From Allosphingosinicella sp. (lineage in GTDB: Bacteria > Pseudomonadota > Alphaproteobacteria > Sphingomonadales > Sphingomonadaceae), in the NCBI GenBank assembly GCA_035502235.1, contig DATJUQ010000027.1, forward strand, positions 5,555 to 69,554: 64,000 nucleotides of DNA. Direction: 5' to 3'. Each line of letters starts with the position of its first letter. Position 1 is the first letter of the stretch. The notes below the pieces were generated by a model. That model was not told where the DNA came from, made no database searches, and worked only from the letters and a program-made list of their open reading frames with translations. This document shows positions 63,006 to 64,000 of the stretch, piece after piece. The position numbers and the translations under genes are program-made.

Positions 63006-63824
63006 TCAGCCGCCGGGCCCGCGCAGCGCCGACCTGATCTCGAAGCCCTTGATCAGCCAATAGGCCGCGAACAGCCAGGTGCCCGCCACCTCGACGATCA
63101 GGGTCGTGTAGCCATTCTCCCCCGCCGGCCACAGCAGCGCCAGGGCGACCGCCGTGGCGGGCGTCGCCAGCATCGCCATGCCGAGCAGAAGGTAGATCCG
63201 CCCGAAGCGGCGGCGGCGTCCCTCGTCCTCGACGATGCACAGGGTGTCGCGCGCGCGGAACACGCAGACATAAGCGAGCATGACGAAGAAGGTGATCGCG
63301 CAGCCATAATGAAACCGGGCCGTCGCCGAGGCCGTGGGCAAGGCGCCCTCGGGCCATTCCATCGGAAACAGCGCGACGAGGACCGAGGCGATGCCGGCGA
63401 CGTTGAGCGCCAGATCCTCCTGCAGCGAATGGCCGCGATAGAAGAACAGGAAGGCGCCGATCGCGCACAGCATCCCCACATAGGCGTCGCGCATCGTGCC
63501 CGCGCCGGGTTCGGCCGGGCTGGCGGCCGAGAAATGATAGTAGGCGCTGAGCGAGGCCTGGACGTTGTCGAGCCCGCCGCCGAGGATCAGCACGATCGGA
63601 AGGGCAAGGCCGAGCGCGCCGATCCCGTTGCGGAGGACGACATAGGAGGTCGAGACGCTGAGCGGATCGGCGGGCCTGCCGAGAATCTGTCTCTCGGCGG
63701 AGCGGAGCGTTCTGGCGATCCCGGTTCCCGGCGCCGCCCCGCCGGCATCGTCGCCGGACTGGTCGGGCCGGCCTGGTTGCGGCAATCGCGTGCTCACGCG
63801 CTCCACCCGGGGTTGGAGGGACAT
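63006..63824 (-). CDS. Hypothetical integral membrane protein
   Basis: LRNGIGALGLALP...SLSAYYH...MRD.YVG.L.AIG.FL..Y.G...HY..A..FF; about seven TM. Confidence 0.7.
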   Translation of the reverse strand: MSLQPRVERVSTRLPQPGRPDQSGDDAGGAAPGTGIARTLRSAERQILGRPADPLSVSTSYVVLRNGIGALGLALPIVLILGGGLDNVQASLSAYYHFSAASPAEPGAGTMRDAYVGMLCAIGAFLFFYRGHSLQEDLALNVAGIASVLVALFPMEWPEGALPTASATARFHYGCAITFFVMLAYVCVFRARDTLCIVEDEGRRRRFGRIYLLLGMAMLATPATAVALALLWPAGENGYTTLIVEVAGTWLFAAYWLIKGFEIRSALRGPGG

Positions 63825-63894
63825 TATGTCCCGCCAGGATAAAGGCGCGGCGGGGCCGGATAAGCTAGACCTTGGCGCAGGTCGCGCGCGCGCC

Positions 63895-64000
63895 TCAGTC
63901 CATGCGGTAATGGCGCAGGATCGCCGCGATCGGGTCGGCGCGGTCGAGGTCGAGCGGCACGTCGACGGGGACGCCCGTGGCGCGATAGCCGCCCCGCGGC
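63895..64000 (-). CDS. 3' end of an unidentified CDS entering from the right edge
   Basis: ...GGYRATGVPVDVPLDLDRADPIAAILRHYRMD* with high-GC3 codons. Confidence 0.5.
   Translation of the reverse strand, partial: PRGGYRATGVPVDVPLDLDRADPIAAILRHYRMD

Overview
High-GC alphaproteobacterial chromosomal segment. The two-piece tmRNA tag ANDNEALAIAA, the TonB-dependent receptor and the gene content point to Sphingomonadaceae. It is mostly core or housekeeping DNA: nrdAB, gdhB, phbB, hemH, mscL, lemA-TPM, two tRNAs and ssrA. At least eight families of REP-like palindromes fill the intergenic spaces. The accessory or unusual elements are as follows. (1) A lower-GC ABC-ATPase + TOPRIM (DUF4276-like) pair, a candidate defence system, is translationally coupled to the end of nrdB. 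(2) A sigma54 two-component system has an apparent enhancer motif (TGTCCG-N4-CGGACA, 133-135 bp before the -24/-12 box) both upstream of the adjacent MacAB-like exporter operon and 38 kb away upstream of a PspC-domain gene, suggesting an undescribed envelope-stress regulon. (3) A small GIY-YIG nuclease is bracketed by REPIN-like doublets. (4) An 84-bp REP sits in frame inside a lipoprotein gene. (5) A CsoR-controlled copper module has no P-type ATPase and carries a possible leader or arrest peptide. (6) An orphan Tae4-like amidase lies near ssrA. No integrase, transposase or CRISPR array was seen. All family assignments come from recognising motifs by eye; no searches were run.
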